A stretch of DNA of 64,000 nucleotides from Myxococcota bacterium (GTDB taxonomy: Bacteria; Myxococcota_A; UBA9160; UBA6930). Position numbers and translations under genes: made by a program. The first letter of the stretch is position 1; each line of letters opens with the position of its first letter. Positions 28,668-38,511 of the stretch are shown here, in pieces. The stretch spans positions 1,312,001 to 1,376,000 of the forward strand of contig OZ245002.1 of NCBI GenBank assembly GCA_965223415.1, read 5' to 3'. The notes beneath the pieces were generated by a model. The model made no database searches and was not told the origin of the DNA. It saw only the letters and a list, made by a program, of their open reading frames with translations.

Positions 28668-29765
28668 ATGGGACGATTCGGGCGGCGGGTGATCGATGCG
28701 GACGGCCACGGCGGCGAGCCCCTGGATTGGCGCCGGCGCATCCCCGACGCCTTCCTGCCCCAGATGCGCGCCTACGTCGCCGCCATGAAGGCCCGCTACG
28801 CCGACCTGCCCGGCGGCGGCCACCAGGTCAGTGAGCGCAACCCGCGGCGAGCGGCCCGACCCGACGACGACCTCACCTTCGACACGCCCATGCGCGAGGG
28901 CATGAGCGACCCGGCCCGGCGCCTCGAGGACATGGACCTGGAAGGCATCGACGTCTCGGTGCTGTTCCCGCCCGGCTCCGGCGAGGAGTGGGCGATGGAC
29001 GACCCGAAGTTCGCCGCCGCGCTGTGCCGCACCCTGAACGACGCGCGGGCCGAGTACGCGAGCTTCGCGCCGGATCGGCTGAGGCCCGTCGCCAAGCTGC
29101 CGATGATCGAGCCGACCCTCGCCGCCGAGGAGCTCGAGCGCTGCGTGCGCGAGCACGGCTTCGTCGGCATGGTCACCGCCACCCACATCCGCGAGAAGAA
29201 CCTCGATCATCCGGGCTTCGACGTCGTGTGGGAGACGGCGGAGCGGCTGGGCGTTCCCGTGTGCACCCACGGCGGAGGTCAGGCGCCGGGCCAGGTGCCG
29301 GTGATGATCGAACGCTTCGACACGCGGCTCGGCGTCCACGCGATCACCCATCCGGTGGGCGCCATGCAGGCGCTCTTCCACTTCACGGTGGACGGCGTCC
29401 TGGAGCGCTTCCCGCGATTGCGGGTCGGCTTCATGGAGGCGGGCGCGGGCTGGCTCCCCTTCTGGCTGGAGCGCCTCGACGAGCACGTGGAGCTGATGCC
29501 CGAGCAGGCCCCGGGGCTCTCGAAGCCGCCGTCCGCCTACGTGCTCGAACGCGGCTTCGTCACCGCCGAGCCCGAGGAGCGCACGATCCCCTACGTGCTC
29601 GAGAGCCTCTCCCCAGGCCTGGTCTGCTACGCGTCCGACTACTGCCACTGGGACTGCGCCTTCCCCGACTCGGTCCGCCTGATGGAGGAGCGCGACGACC
29701 TGGACGACGACCAGCGCGACGCCCTCTTCCACCGCAACGCCGCCCGCCTCTACGGCCTCGACTAG
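28668..29765 (+). CDS. Amidohydrolase family (Amidohydro_2) protein
   Basis: IDADGH, DMDLEGID, EAGAGW, ASDYCHWD. Confidence 0.88.
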   Translation: MGRFGRRVIDADGHGGEPLDWRRRIPDAFLPQMRAYVAAMKARYADLPGGGHQVSERNPRRAARPDDDLTFDTPMREGMSDPARRLEDMDLEGIDVSVLFPPGSGEEWAMDDPKFAAALCRTLNDARAEYASFAPDRLRPVAKLPMIEPTLAAEELERCVREHGFVGMVTATHIREKNLDHPGFDVVWETAERLGVPVCTHGGGQAPGQVPVMIERFDTRLGVHAITHPVGAMQALFHFTVDGVLERFPRLRVGFMEAGAGWLPFWLERLDEHVELMPEQAPGLSKPPSAYVLERGFVTAEPEERTIPYVLESLSPGLVCYASDYCHWDCAFPDSVRLMEERDDLDDDQRDALFHRNAARLYGLD

Positions 29766-30341
29766 GTGGCCTGCCTCGGACTCCGCGCGAAGACCGGCCG
29801 GGCGATCGCCGTCGTGCTGGCCGAGGGCGACGACCTTCCCGAGGTCCTCCATCGGGGAGAGCTCGCCCTGTGGGATCCGACCGAACCCGATTCGCACCAG
29901 CCTCACCACGCCGGGCTCGAGCTCCGCGCCGACGAGGCGGCCCGGGTCGTCGCCGCCGCGGAGGCCGTCGCGGCCCGGGCGGCCGAAGCGTCGCTGGCGG
30001 CCTTCCTGGAGGAGATCGGGAGGCAGGAGGTGACGGCGGTGGGAGTCGCCGGCCCTCCGCCCGGGGACGTCTCGCGCATCGGCAACCCGCACGTGCGCGC
30101 CCACGCGGCCGAGGGTCAGCTGTTCCGGCGCGTGCTGGAAGAGGCCGCCGAAGCGCGCGGACTACCCTGGGCGCGACTCGCCGATCGCCAACCCTTCGAC
30201 GCCGCCGGCGAGGCGTTGGCCTGTGATCCGGAGGACCTGAAGCGTCAGGTCGGTCGGCTCGGCGCGGCCATCGGCCCTCCCTGGCGCGCCGACGAGAAGC
30301 TCGCATGCCTGGCCGCCTGGTGCGTGCTGTACGGGTCGTGA
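29766..30341 (+). CDS. Hypothetical protein
   Basis: 191-aa ORF abutting both neighbours, native codon bias. Confidence 0.7.
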   Translation: MACLGLRAKTGRAIAVVLAEGDDLPEVLHRGELALWDPTEPDSHQPHHAGLELRADEAARVVAAAEAVAARAAEASLAAFLEEIGRQEVTAVGVAGPPPGDVSRIGNPHVRAHAAEGQLFRRVLEEAAEARGLPWARLADRQPFDAAGEALACDPEDLKRQVGRLGAAIGPPWRADEKLACLAAWCVLYGS

Positions 30342-31339
30342 TGTGCGTACGCGCCGCACTCCCGTGGCTGCTCGTGCTGGCGTTCGCGGGCTGCGACGCG
30401 ATCGTCGACCGGGCCACGCTCCGCTTCTGGGACTGGGCGGACGAGGCCCCGCTCGACGACGGGAGCCTGCACGTGGTGCTCGTCGGCACCGGTGTGCCGA
30501 TTCCGGATCCGGAGCGACTGAACGCCAGCACCGCCATCATGGCCGCCGGGGAGCTGCTGCTGGTCGACGCGGGCGCCGGCACGATCCGGCAGGCGGACGT
30601 GATGGGGCTGCCGATCCGACGTCTGACCACGGTGCTCGTCACCCACTTCCACTCCGACCACATCGGCGGGCTCGGCGAGACGGTCGCGCATACCTGGTTC
30701 CGGGGTCGCTCCGGACGGCTCGCGATCCACGGCCCGCCGGGCCTGGCCCGGGTGGTCCGCGGCTTCCAGGAGGCGTACGCCTTCGACACCGCCTATCGGG
30801 CGCTGCCCGGCGGCGACGAGCTGGATCCCTCGCTGCAGACCTCCGACGTGCACGAGGTGACGGTCGGCGCGGGCGACGAGAGCGTCGTCCTGGAGCGCAA
30901 CGGGCTCCGGGTCGTGGCCTTCGCCGTCGATCACCGGCCCGTCGCCCCGGCGTACGGCTACCGTATCGAGTATGCCGGACGCAGCGTGGTCTTGAGCGGC
31001 GATACGCGCGCCTACCCACAGCTCGCACTGCACGCGCGGGGCGCGGACCTGCTGATCCACTCGGCGGGCGTCCTCCCCCCGGACTTCGCGGTCGAGAGCT
31101 TCCGCCGCCTGCAGGATCGCCATCGCGTCCCGCGCGCCGATCTCGACCTGTTCGCCACGCCGACGGAGGTGGCCCGGGTCGCCGCCGACGCCGGCGTCGC
31201 GAAGCTCGTATTCTCCCACATCCCGCCGCTGCCCGACGCGGCCCGCCCCCTGTGGCTCCGCGGCGTCGCCGACCTCTACGCCGGCCCCGTGGTCGTCGGC
31301 GAAGATGGCCTGCACTTCGAGCTTCCCCCGAAGAACTGA
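30341..31339 (+). CDS. MBL-fold metallohydrolase (RNase Z/arylsulfatase-like), probable lipoprotein
   Basis: LAFAGC lipobox, THFHSDH, SGDT, SHI. Confidence 0.87.
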   Translation: MCVRAALPWLLVLAFAGCDAIVDRATLRFWDWADEAPLDDGSLHVVLVGTGVPIPDPERLNASTAIMAAGELLLVDAGAGTIRQADVMGLPIRRLTTVLVTHFHSDHIGGLGETVAHTWFRGRSGRLAIHGPPGLARVVRGFQEAYAFDTAYRALPGGDELDPSLQTSDVHEVTVGAGDESVVLERNGLRVVAFAVDHRPVAPAYGYRIEYAGRSVVLSGDTRAYPQLALHARGADLLIHSAGVLPPDFAVESFRRLQDRHRVPRADLDLFATPTEVARVAADAGVAKLVFSHIPPLPDAARPLWLRGVADLYAGPVVVGEDGLHFELPPKN

Positions 31340-31367
31340 ATCTTCGACCCCTCCTCCCTCTGGAGAC

Positions 31368-34300
31368 TCACCAGGTGTCGATGCAGGGGCGCTTCTTGCC
31401 GGTGCGGGGAGGCGGCGGGGGGGCAGCACGCAGGGCGCGCAGGATCCAGGTGCGGGAGTCGGCGGGGTCGATGACGTCGTCGATCTCGAAGGTCGAGGCG
31501 GTGTTGAGGGCCTTCCCGTGCTCGTACATGCGGGCGACCATCTGCTCGTAGAGCTCGCGGCGGCGCTCCGGGTCCTGCTCGGCGGCCAGCTCGTTCCGGT
31601 AGCCGAGCTTGACGGCGCCCTCGAGGCCCATGCCGCCGAACTCGCCGGTGGGCCAGGCGACGGTGAAGATGCCGGCCTTGAAGCTTCCGCCGGCCATGGC
31701 CTGAGCGCCCAGCCCGTAGCCCTTGCGCAGCACGATGGTGAAGAAGGGCACGCTCAGGCTGCCGCCGGTCACGAACATGCGCGAGGCGTGGCGCACGAGG
31801 GCCGTCTTCTCGGCCTCGGGGCCGACCATGATGCCCGGCGTGTCGCAGAGGAAGAGGATCGGCAGGTCGAAGGCGTCGCAGAGCTGGAGGAAGCGTGTGG
31901 CCTTGTCGGCCCCCTCGCTGTCGATGGCGCCGGCGAGATGGGTGGGGTTGTTGGCGACGATGCCGAGGGGCCGGCCCTCGATGCGCGCCAGGGCGGTGAC
32001 CATGCCCGGACCGAAGGCGCGGCGTAGCTCGAGCACGGAGCCGGTATCGGCGAGCAGCTCGATCACCTGCCGCACGTCGTAGATGCGCAGCCGGTTCTCG
32101 GGGATCGCGGCCCGCAGCAGCCGCGGGTCGCCGCAGGCCCAGTCGTCCGTCGGCCCCTGGAAGTAGGACAGGTACTGCTTCGCCACCTGCACCGCCTCCG
32201 CCTCGTCGGTGACCGGCACGTCCACGACGCCGTTCGGCACCTGCACGTCCATCGGCCCGACTTCCTCGGGCCGGAACACGCCGAGGCCGCCCCCCTCGAT
32301 CATGGCCGGTCCGCCCATGCCGATGTTCGAGCCCTCGGTCGCGATCACCACGTCGCAGCAGCCGAGCAGCGCCGCGTTGCCGGCGAAGCAACGGCCGGAG
32401 TTGATGCCGACCAGCGGGACCAGCCCAGAGAGGCGCCCGAAATAGTGGAAGGCCATGCAGTCCAGGCCGGCCACGCCGATGCCGTCGGTGTCACCGGGCC
32501 GCCCGCCCCCGCCCTCGGTGAAGAACACCAGCGGGATGCGAAGACTCTCGGCGATCTCGAACATGCGATCCTTCTTGCGGTGGTTCTGCTGCCCTTGGGT
32601 GCCGGCGAGGACCGTGTAGTCGTACGACATCACGACGCAGCGTGAGGCTTCGTCGCCGAAGCGCTCGCCGTTCACGCTGCCGATGCCCGCGATCATGCCG
32701 TCGGCCGGCGTGCGCTGGATCAGGTCGTCGAGGCTGCGCCGGCGCCGCTGGGCGGCGATCACCACCGGGCCGTACTCGACGAAGGACCCCGGATCGCACA
32801 GGTCCTCCACGTTCTCCCGTGCCGTTCGCTGGCCGGTCTTGCGCCGGCGGGCGACGGATTCGGGCCGTGCGGCGTCGAGCCCGATCTCGTGACGCTCGTG
32901 GACCTCCGCGAGGTCCGGCCGCAGGTGGTCCGGGTCCACCGCGTCGTCGCCGCCTTCGGCGCGACCCTCGACCTCCGCCTCCTCCAGGAAGAGCAGCGGA
33001 TGGCCCTCGAAGAGCGTATCGCCGGGCGCCACGGCCAGGGCCCGCACGATCCCGCTGCGATCGGCGACGACGACGTGCTCCATCTTCATCGCTTCCATCA
33101 CCAGGAGCGCCTCGCCCCGGGCCACGGCGTCGCCCACGGCCACGTCGATGCCGACGATGGTGCCCTGAACCGGCGCGGCGACGGCCACGGTGCCGGGGGG
33201 TCCCGCCGTCCGCGCCGGAGCCGCCACCTCCGATACCGCAGGCGACGCCGCCGGCGCATCGGCGCCGCTCTTGCCATGATCGAGTACCGCCAGCGGATCG
33301 TCGCTGTCGAGGCGGGCCCCGGCACGCCCTTCCGCCTCGCCGGCCGGCGCCCGGGCCGGCTCGCTCTCGGCGGCCCGCGCGAGAAGCTCCGGCAGGTGCT
33401 CGGCGAGGAAGCTCGTCGTCACCCGGTTCTCCCGCACGGAGGGATGGGCGAGCAGGCTCTCGAGCAGGGGAAGGTTCGTCTCCACCCCCTCGATGCGGAA
33501 CTCACGCAATGCGCGCCGGGCCCGGGCGACCACGTCGGCATAGGCCGGCGACGTCGAGTGGACGATCACCTTCGCGAGGAGCGAGTCGAAATGGGGGCTC
33601 GTCGCGTAGCCCGGGTAGCCGCAGCCATCCACGCGCACGCCCGGACCTGTGGGCGGCTCGTAGCCCACCAGGACGCCACCCGAAGGACGCACGCTCCCGT
33701 CCGCGCCCAGCACCTCCATGTTGACCCGCGCCTGCAGCGCGAAGCCGCGCGCGCGCGGCGCCTCCGCACCCGCGAGGCCCAGGCTCTCCAGGGACGCGCC
33801 ACCGGCGATCTTCAGCTGGGCCGCCACCAGGTCGACGCCGGTCACCTCCTCGGTGACCGTGTGCTCCACCTGCAGCCGCGGGTTCGCCTCGATGAACGCC
33901 CAGCCGCCCTCGGCATCCAGCAGGAACTCGAAGGTGCCGAGGCTGCGGTAGCCGACCTCGTGGGCCATGCGCACGGCCGCGTCGCAGAGGGCCTCGCGGA
34001 GGGTGTGGGGAAGGGTCGGGCTGGGCGCGATCTCGACCAGCTTCTGGTGGCGTCGTTGCAGGCTGCACTCGCGCTCGCCCAGGTGCGCGATCCGGCCCTG
34101 GCCGTCGCCGACGATCTGCACCTCGACATGCCGCGCCTCGGGCACGAGCCGCTCCACGTAGAGCGCGTCGTTGCCGAAGGCGGCGCCGGCCTCGGAGGCG
34201 CAGCGCGGCCAGGCGGCTTCCAGCTCGGCGGCACTCGCAGCGGGCCGCATCCCCCGGCCGCCGCCTCCGCCGACGGCCTTGATCATCACCCTGGCCCCGG

Positions 34301-34745
34301 CGCCGAGAGAGGCGAGGAAGTCGCGAGCCTCCGGGAGCGAGGTCGGCCCGCCAGTACCGGGCAGCACGGGCACGCCGCAACGCTCGGCCAGCGCGCGGGC
34401 GCGTGTCTTGTCGCCGAGGGTGCGCAGGGTCTCGGGACGCGGCCCGACCCAGGTGATGCCCGCGTCCTCGCAGGCGTGGGCCAGCTCCGGGCTCTCGCTC
34501 AGGAAGCCGTAGCCGGGATGGAGGGCGTCGCATCCGCCCTCCCGGGCCGCGGCGACCAGGGCCTCCGCGTGGAGGTACGCCGCTGCGCCCCGTCCCGGGA
34601 GCGTGCGCGCCTCGTCGGCCACGCGCACGTGCAGGCTCGCCGCATCGTCGGCGGAGGCCACCGCCAGCGCCTCCAGGGCGAGATCGCTCGCGGCCCGCAG
34701 CACCCGCACCGCGACTTCCCCGCGGTTCGCGACCAGGAGCCTCAT
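31368..34745 (-). CDS. Single-chain biotin-dependent acyl-CoA carboxylase (BC-BCCP-CT)
   Basis: ANRGEVA, HPGYGFLSE, RECSLQRRHQK, EAMKMEH (biotinyl Lys), CT motifs EGGGGRPGD and DTPGIMVG. Confidence 0.93.
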   Translation of the reverse strand: MRLLVANRGEVAVRVLRAASDLALEALAVASADDAASLHVRVADEARTLPGRGAAAYLHAEALVAAAREGGCDALHPGYGFLSESPELAHACEDAGITWVGPRPETLRTLGDKTRARALAERCGVPVLPGTGGPTSLPEARDFLASLGAGARVMIKAVGGGGGRGMRPAASAAELEAAWPRCASEAGAAFGNDALYVERLVPEARHVEVQIVGDGQGRIAHLGERECSLQRRHQKLVEIAPSPTLPHTLREALCDAAVRMAHEVGYRSLGTFEFLLDAEGGWAFIEANPRLQVEHTVTEEVTGVDLVAAQLKIAGGASLESLGLAGAEAPRARGFALQARVNMEVLGADGSVRPSGGVLVGYEPPTGPGVRVDGCGYPGYATSPHFDSLLAKVIVHSTSPAYADVVARARRALREFRIEGVETNLPLLESLLAHPSVRENRVTTSFLAEHLPELLARAAESEPARAPAGEAEGRAGARLDSDDPLAVLDHGKSGADAPAASPAVSEVAAPARTAGPPGTVAVAAPVQGTIVGIDVAVGDAVARGEALLVMEAMKMEHVVVADRSGIVRALAVAPGDTLFEGHPLLFLEEAEVEGRAEGGDDAVDPDHLRPDLAEVHERHEIGLDAARPESVARRRKTGQRTARENVEDLCDPGSFVEYGPVVIAAQRRRRSLDDLIQRTPADGMIAGIGSVNGERFGDEASRCVVMSYDYTVLAGTQGQQNHRKKDRMFEIAESLRIPLVFFTEGGGGRPGDTDGIGVAGLDCMAFHYFGRLSGLVPLVGINSGRCFAGNAALLGCCDVVIATEGSNIGMGGPAMIEGGGLGVFRPEEVGPMDVQVPNGVVDVPVTDEAEAVQVAKQYLSYFQGPTDDWACGDPRLLRAAIPENRLRIYDVRQVIELLADTGSVLELRRAFGPGMVTALARIEGRPLGIVANNPTHLAGAIDSEGADKATRFLQLCDAFDLPILFLCDTPGIMVGPEAEKTALVRHASRMFVTGGSLSVPFFTIVLRKGYGLGAQAMAGGSFKAGIFTVAWPTGEFGGMGLEGAVKLGYRNELAAEQDPERRRELYEQMVARMYEHGKALNTASTFEIDDVIDPADSRTWILRALRAAPPPPPRTGKKRPCIDTW

Positions 34746-35491
34746 GCGCCGCGGGCGGCCCCGTCGAAGAAGGCGCGGAGCCCGGCGCTGGATGCGGCGG
34801 AGGACTCGAAGACCGACGTGATGTGGTCACCTGGGACACTCAGGAAGGACAGGCCGTGCTTGCCGGCCCAGATCTGCATCGGATCGTGGTAGGGATCCTG
34901 TGCTCCGTTCCAGAGCAGGACGGGCCGGCCGAGCCCGATCACGGCGGCCTCGGCGCCTTCGAGCTGGAAGAGGGCGTCCCAGCAGGCGCGCAACCCCGGC
35001 TCCACCTCCGGCGTGATCCACGCCACCAGCTCCGGCGCCATGGCCTTCGCACCTGCGAGCAGGCCCTCGAAGTCGAGCTGGCCGCCGAGGGACGCGGCCG
35101 CGGTCGCTGCGCCGTGGACCAGATCCCAGCCGCCGATCACCAACGAGGCCAGTCGATCTGGATGGTGCAGGGCCACGCCCGTCGCGATCCAGCCGCCCAT
35201 CGAGTAGCCGGTGAGATGGACGCGCTCGGCGCCGACGGCGTCGAGCACGGCGACGACGTCGCCGGCGCGCTGGTCGCGTACATAGCAAGCCGGATCGTCG
35301 GGCTTGTCGCTCTCGCCGTGGCCGAGGGAGTCGATGCACACGACCCGATAGGCGTCGGAAAGGGCCGCCACGTAACCCCGCTCGGCCCAGCTCACGGCGC
35401 TGCTCAGCAGGCCGTGCTGGAACACGACCGTCGGCCCCTCCCCCTCCACCGTGTAGTGGAGGCGCTGGCCGCGGTTCGAGGCGAAGGGCAT
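34742..35491 (-). CDS. Alpha/beta hydrolase
   Basis: QHG, DSLGHGES, GYSMGG nucleophile elbow. Confidence 0.9.
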   Translation of the reverse strand: MPFASNRGQRLHYTVEGEGPTVVFQHGLLSSAVSWAERGYVAALSDAYRVVCIDSLGHGESDKPDDPACYVRDQRAGDVVAVLDAVGAERVHLTGYSMGGWIATGVALHHPDRLASLVIGGWDLVHGAATAAASLGGQLDFEGLLAGAKAMAPELVAWITPEVEPGLRACWDALFQLEGAEAAVIGLGRPVLLWNGAQDPYHDPMQIWAGKHGLSFLSVPGDHITSVFESSAASSAGLRAFFDGAARGA

Positions 35492-36354
35492 CAGCTGCCC
35501 CGGCGCTTCTTCATCAGCGCGATGATCGGAGACGGCTCCGGCGGGTGCCACTTCGTCTCCTTCGGGTCCTCGTGCCAGCGGAAGGGCAGGTGCTCCACGT
35601 GGCCGGGTTCCCGAGCCTTGCCGAAGACGGCGAGGGCCGCCCGAAGCACGGCGCCCTGGGTCGCCGCGTCTCCCACGTCGCCGAAGGGCCGCCCGAAGGG
35701 ATGCTCGATCGCCGCCACTCGTGCCATGCCGATGCCCCGCTGCAGGGGCCACAGCATGTTCAGGGTGACGGTGGGGATGCCCCCCTCCTCGATCACGCGT
35801 CCGACCAGTCCCACGGACCGGCAGCAGTCCGGTCAGACCGGTGCGAGGAGCGCCAGGTCGACCTCCTCGCTCCTCATGGCGTCGGCGATCTCCGGCGCGC
35901 TCGTCCCGACGAGCGTGCTGGAGTCGTTGCCCTGGTAGCCCATGATCGAGTAGTGGCTCTCGGCCAGGGAGCCCACCACACCCTCGCCGACGAGCTCCCG
36001 CAGGCGATCGAGCGGCAGCGCGACGTTCAGGTCGCGGAGGACGTAGCCGGTATCGATGTGGAGGTGGTTCGCCTCGATGTCCGCGGCGGTCGCGTCCGCC
36101 CGCAGCTTCCGCCAACTCGGATCGCCCCGGGTCGGGCGCTGGCGCTCGAACTCCATGTCGAAGGGCGTGTCGCCCTTCATCGAGAGACCGGCGGTCGAGA
36201 GCAGCGCCACCTTCGCTTCGGCGAGTGGCTTCTCCACCGGCGTCCACGGGATCGGCGGGTGGTTGGGCTCGTCCGGAATCCCTCCGGAGAGGGCGTTCTT
36301 CAGGAAGCCCCCGGTGAAGCGCCAGGGATCCACTTTGCGTGTGGTGTCTGCCAT
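35491..36354 (-). CDS. Putative selenoprotein, PrdB/GrdB-like (proline/glycine reductase selenoprotein B family), UxxC with Sec174, 287 aa
   Basis: Track ORFs 35833-36354 and 35491-35814 join in frame through TGA: VDLALLAPV-U-PDCCRSVGLVGRVIEEGGIPTV. Also PLAEAKVALLSTAG, DLNVALPLDRLREL, PFGRPFG. Confidence 0.9.
35805..35821 (-). promoter_or_regulatory. Putative bacterial SECIS hairpin
   Basis: CCGGTCC-GTG-GGACTGG, a 7-bp stem with one G-U pair, starting 11 nt after the UGA. Confidence 0.65.
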
Positions 36355-36382
36355 GGCGGGAGGCTACCACGGCGGCCGTGGA

Positions 36383-37186
36383 TCAGTCCTGGAAGTCCGG
36401 CTTGCGTCCTTCCTTCCTCGCCCGGGTGGCCTCCTCGAAGTTCTGGGTCGTGAGCCGCACGTAGAGCTGGGTGTGTGACTCCATCTCGATGGCCGCGGCG
36501 AGGCTCCCGGTCTCCAGGCCGGACCAGATCATCCGCTTCGTCAGCTGGACGCCCTGGGTGCTCCAGCCGTTGATCTGGTCGGCCAGGTCGAGGGCGGCGT
36601 CCATCAGCTCCGCGTCGGGAACGGTCCGCGAGACCAACCCGATTTCGGCGGCCTCCCGGGCCGGGACGTCGCGGCCCGAAAGCATGATCTCGAAGGCGCG
36701 GCTGCTCCCGATGGCGCGGGGCAGCAGGAACGAGAGGCCGAGCTCGGTGGCCGTGAGGCCGTTGTTGATGCCGGCGGCGCGGAAGTAGGCGGACTCGGCA
36801 GCGATGCGCACGTCGCCGCCCAGGCTGAGGCACATCCCGCCGCCGATCGCGGCGCCGTTGATCGCGCAGATCACCGGCTGCGGCATGCGACGCATCGCCG
36901 GCACCAGATCGGCGAGGATGCTCATCGAACGAGTGGCGATGCGGGTGAGGGTCATTCCTTCGATGCCCGGAGGCGGCTCGGTGCCCTGGGTGTCGGCACC
37001 GGAGCAGAACCCGCGGCCGGTGCCCGTCAGCACGACGCACCAGGTGTCGTTGTCCCCCGCCACCGCCTCGATGGCCTCGTGCAGGGGCACCGCCAGCTCG
37101 AACGCCATGGAGTTCATCCGCTCCGGGCGGTCCATGACGATCACGCTGGTGTGGGGGCGCGGCTTCTCGATGCGGACGTAGCTCAT
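36383..37186 (-). CDS. Enoyl-CoA hydratase/isomerase family protein
   Basis: DRPERMNSM, FCSGAD, AINGAAIGGG. Confidence 0.92.
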   Translation of the reverse strand: MSYVRIEKPRPHTSVIVMDRPERMNSMAFELAVPLHEAIEAVAGDNDTWCVVLTGTGRGFCSGADTQGTEPPPGIEGMTLTRIATRSMSILADLVPAMRRMPQPVICAINGAAIGGGMCLSLGGDVRIAAESAYFRAAGINNGLTATELGLSFLLPRAIGSSRAFEIMLSGRDVPAREAAEIGLVSRTVPDAELMDAALDLADQINGWSTQGVQLTKRMIWSGLETGSLAAAIEMESHTQLYVRLTTQNFEEATRARKEGRKPDFQD

Positions 37187-37194
37187 CGCCGTGC

Positions 37195-37641
37195 CTAGAA
37201 GAGGAGGTGGACCAGGGATGCGATCGCCATCCAGACGGTGACGAGGAAGCCGACCATCCAGGTGATCGTGCGATGGGGCATCAGCCCCTTCTGGTAGGTC
37301 ACCATGTGGAAGATGCGTCCGAGGGGGAAGCCCAGGAAGCAGATCCAGAGCATCAGCGTGCTCGGCTGGGTGAGCGCATAGACGAAGCCCACCAGGGCGA
37401 AGGGCAGGCCGGCCTCGAGATCGTTCTGGTGGATGCGCCGGGCGCGCTCCACCTCCTCGTCGGGGACGGTCTTCGGCTCGAGATCCTGGAGGGTGTAGTC
37501 CTCGGGCGAAGCGAAGACGTTCTTCCGGATACGGATCGAGCTCACGACCATCCCGGTGGCCAGGGTCTTCAGAGCGACCACGATGCACGAGAGGGCCCAG
37601 GCCCGGATGGCGGCGTTCTCGAGCAGCTGCTCCCAGAGCAT
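37195..37641 (-). CDS. MAPEG family protein (MGST1/PTGES-like)
   Basis: FASPED, VERARRIHQNDLE, RIFH, four TM segments. Confidence 0.88.
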   Translation of the reverse strand: MLWEQLLENAAIRAWALSCIVVALKTLATGMVVSSIRIRKNVFASPEDYTLQDLEPKTVPDEEVERARRIHQNDLEAGLPFALVGFVYALTQPSTLMLWICFLGFPLGRIFHMVTYQKGLMPHRTITWMVGFLVTVWMAIASLVHLLF

Positions 37642-37688
37642 GGCGGTCCTCCCCGCGAGATGGCGGCCACGCTAGCACGGGAGCGGCG

Positions 37689-38468
37689 TCAGACGTCGCG
37701 CTCGCGGCCTTCGGTGATCCTGCGCGTCACCGGGTCGCGCTTGCGGGGAAGCTCCGGACGCTCGCAATCGGCCGAGGCGTAGTGCGCCGAGATGGCGCGG
37801 CGGAAGCCCTCGGTCCGATTGTGACCGCTGCCGTGGAGGAGCAGGGGATGGAAGAGGAGCGTGTCGCCCGGCTCCATCTCCACGTGCACGCGATCCGCCA
37901 CGTCGACGTCGGCCGCGGCGAAGAAGCCGAAGTTCACGTGCTCCCAGTCCGGGTCGGCGTGCTTCCGGAGCTCGCCCCGATGGCTCCCGGGAAGCACGGC
38001 CAGGCAGCCGTTTTCCCGGGTACAGGGAACCAGGGCCGTCCACGTCCCGACGATCTTCCCGGCGGGCCGCAGGGCGAAATAGCGGAGGTCCTGGTGGATC
38101 GGATGGCGCGCGTCCACCCCTGGCGGCTTGTTGAAGACGTTCGTGGAGATCGTCATCAGCGAAGGGCCGATCAGCGAACGCACCGCGGCCAGGAGCCCCG
38201 GATCCTCCGCGTAGGCGAAGAGCTCCGGATCCTCCTCGAAGCTCAGGATCTTGTTGATCCCGTGCAGCGGCGTCTCCGGGACGACGACGCCCTTCGCGAC
38301 CATCACGTCCTGCATGAAGACCATGCGCGCGGGGCGGGGCACCCGGCCGAGGACCAGGTCCTCGAAGCGTTCCCCCCAGCGCGCCAGCCGCTCGGGAGCG
38401 AAGAAGCCGCGCAGCAGCAGGAAGCCGTCGCGTTCGTACTCCGCGACCTGCCCTGCGCCGAGACCCAT
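37689..38468 (-). CDS. Phytanoyl-CoA dioxygenase family protein
   Basis: NKPPG..RHPIHQDLRYF, NGCLAVLPGSH, FHPLLLHGSG. Confidence 0.92.
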   Translation of the reverse strand: MGLGAGQVAEYERDGFLLLRGFFAPERLARWGERFEDLVLGRVPRPARMVFMQDVMVAKGVVVPETPLHGINKILSFEEDPELFAYAEDPGLLAAVRSLIGPSLMTISTNVFNKPPGVDARHPIHQDLRYFALRPAGKIVGTWTALVPCTRENGCLAVLPGSHRGELRKHADPDWEHVNFGFFAAADVDVADRVHVEMEPGDTLLFHPLLLHGSGHNRTEGFRRAISAHYASADCERPELPRKRDPVTRRITEGRERDV

Positions 38469-38511
38469 GGGCGCGAGGATAGGCCGGCTTGTGCCATGCT
38501 CGCCCCCTCAC

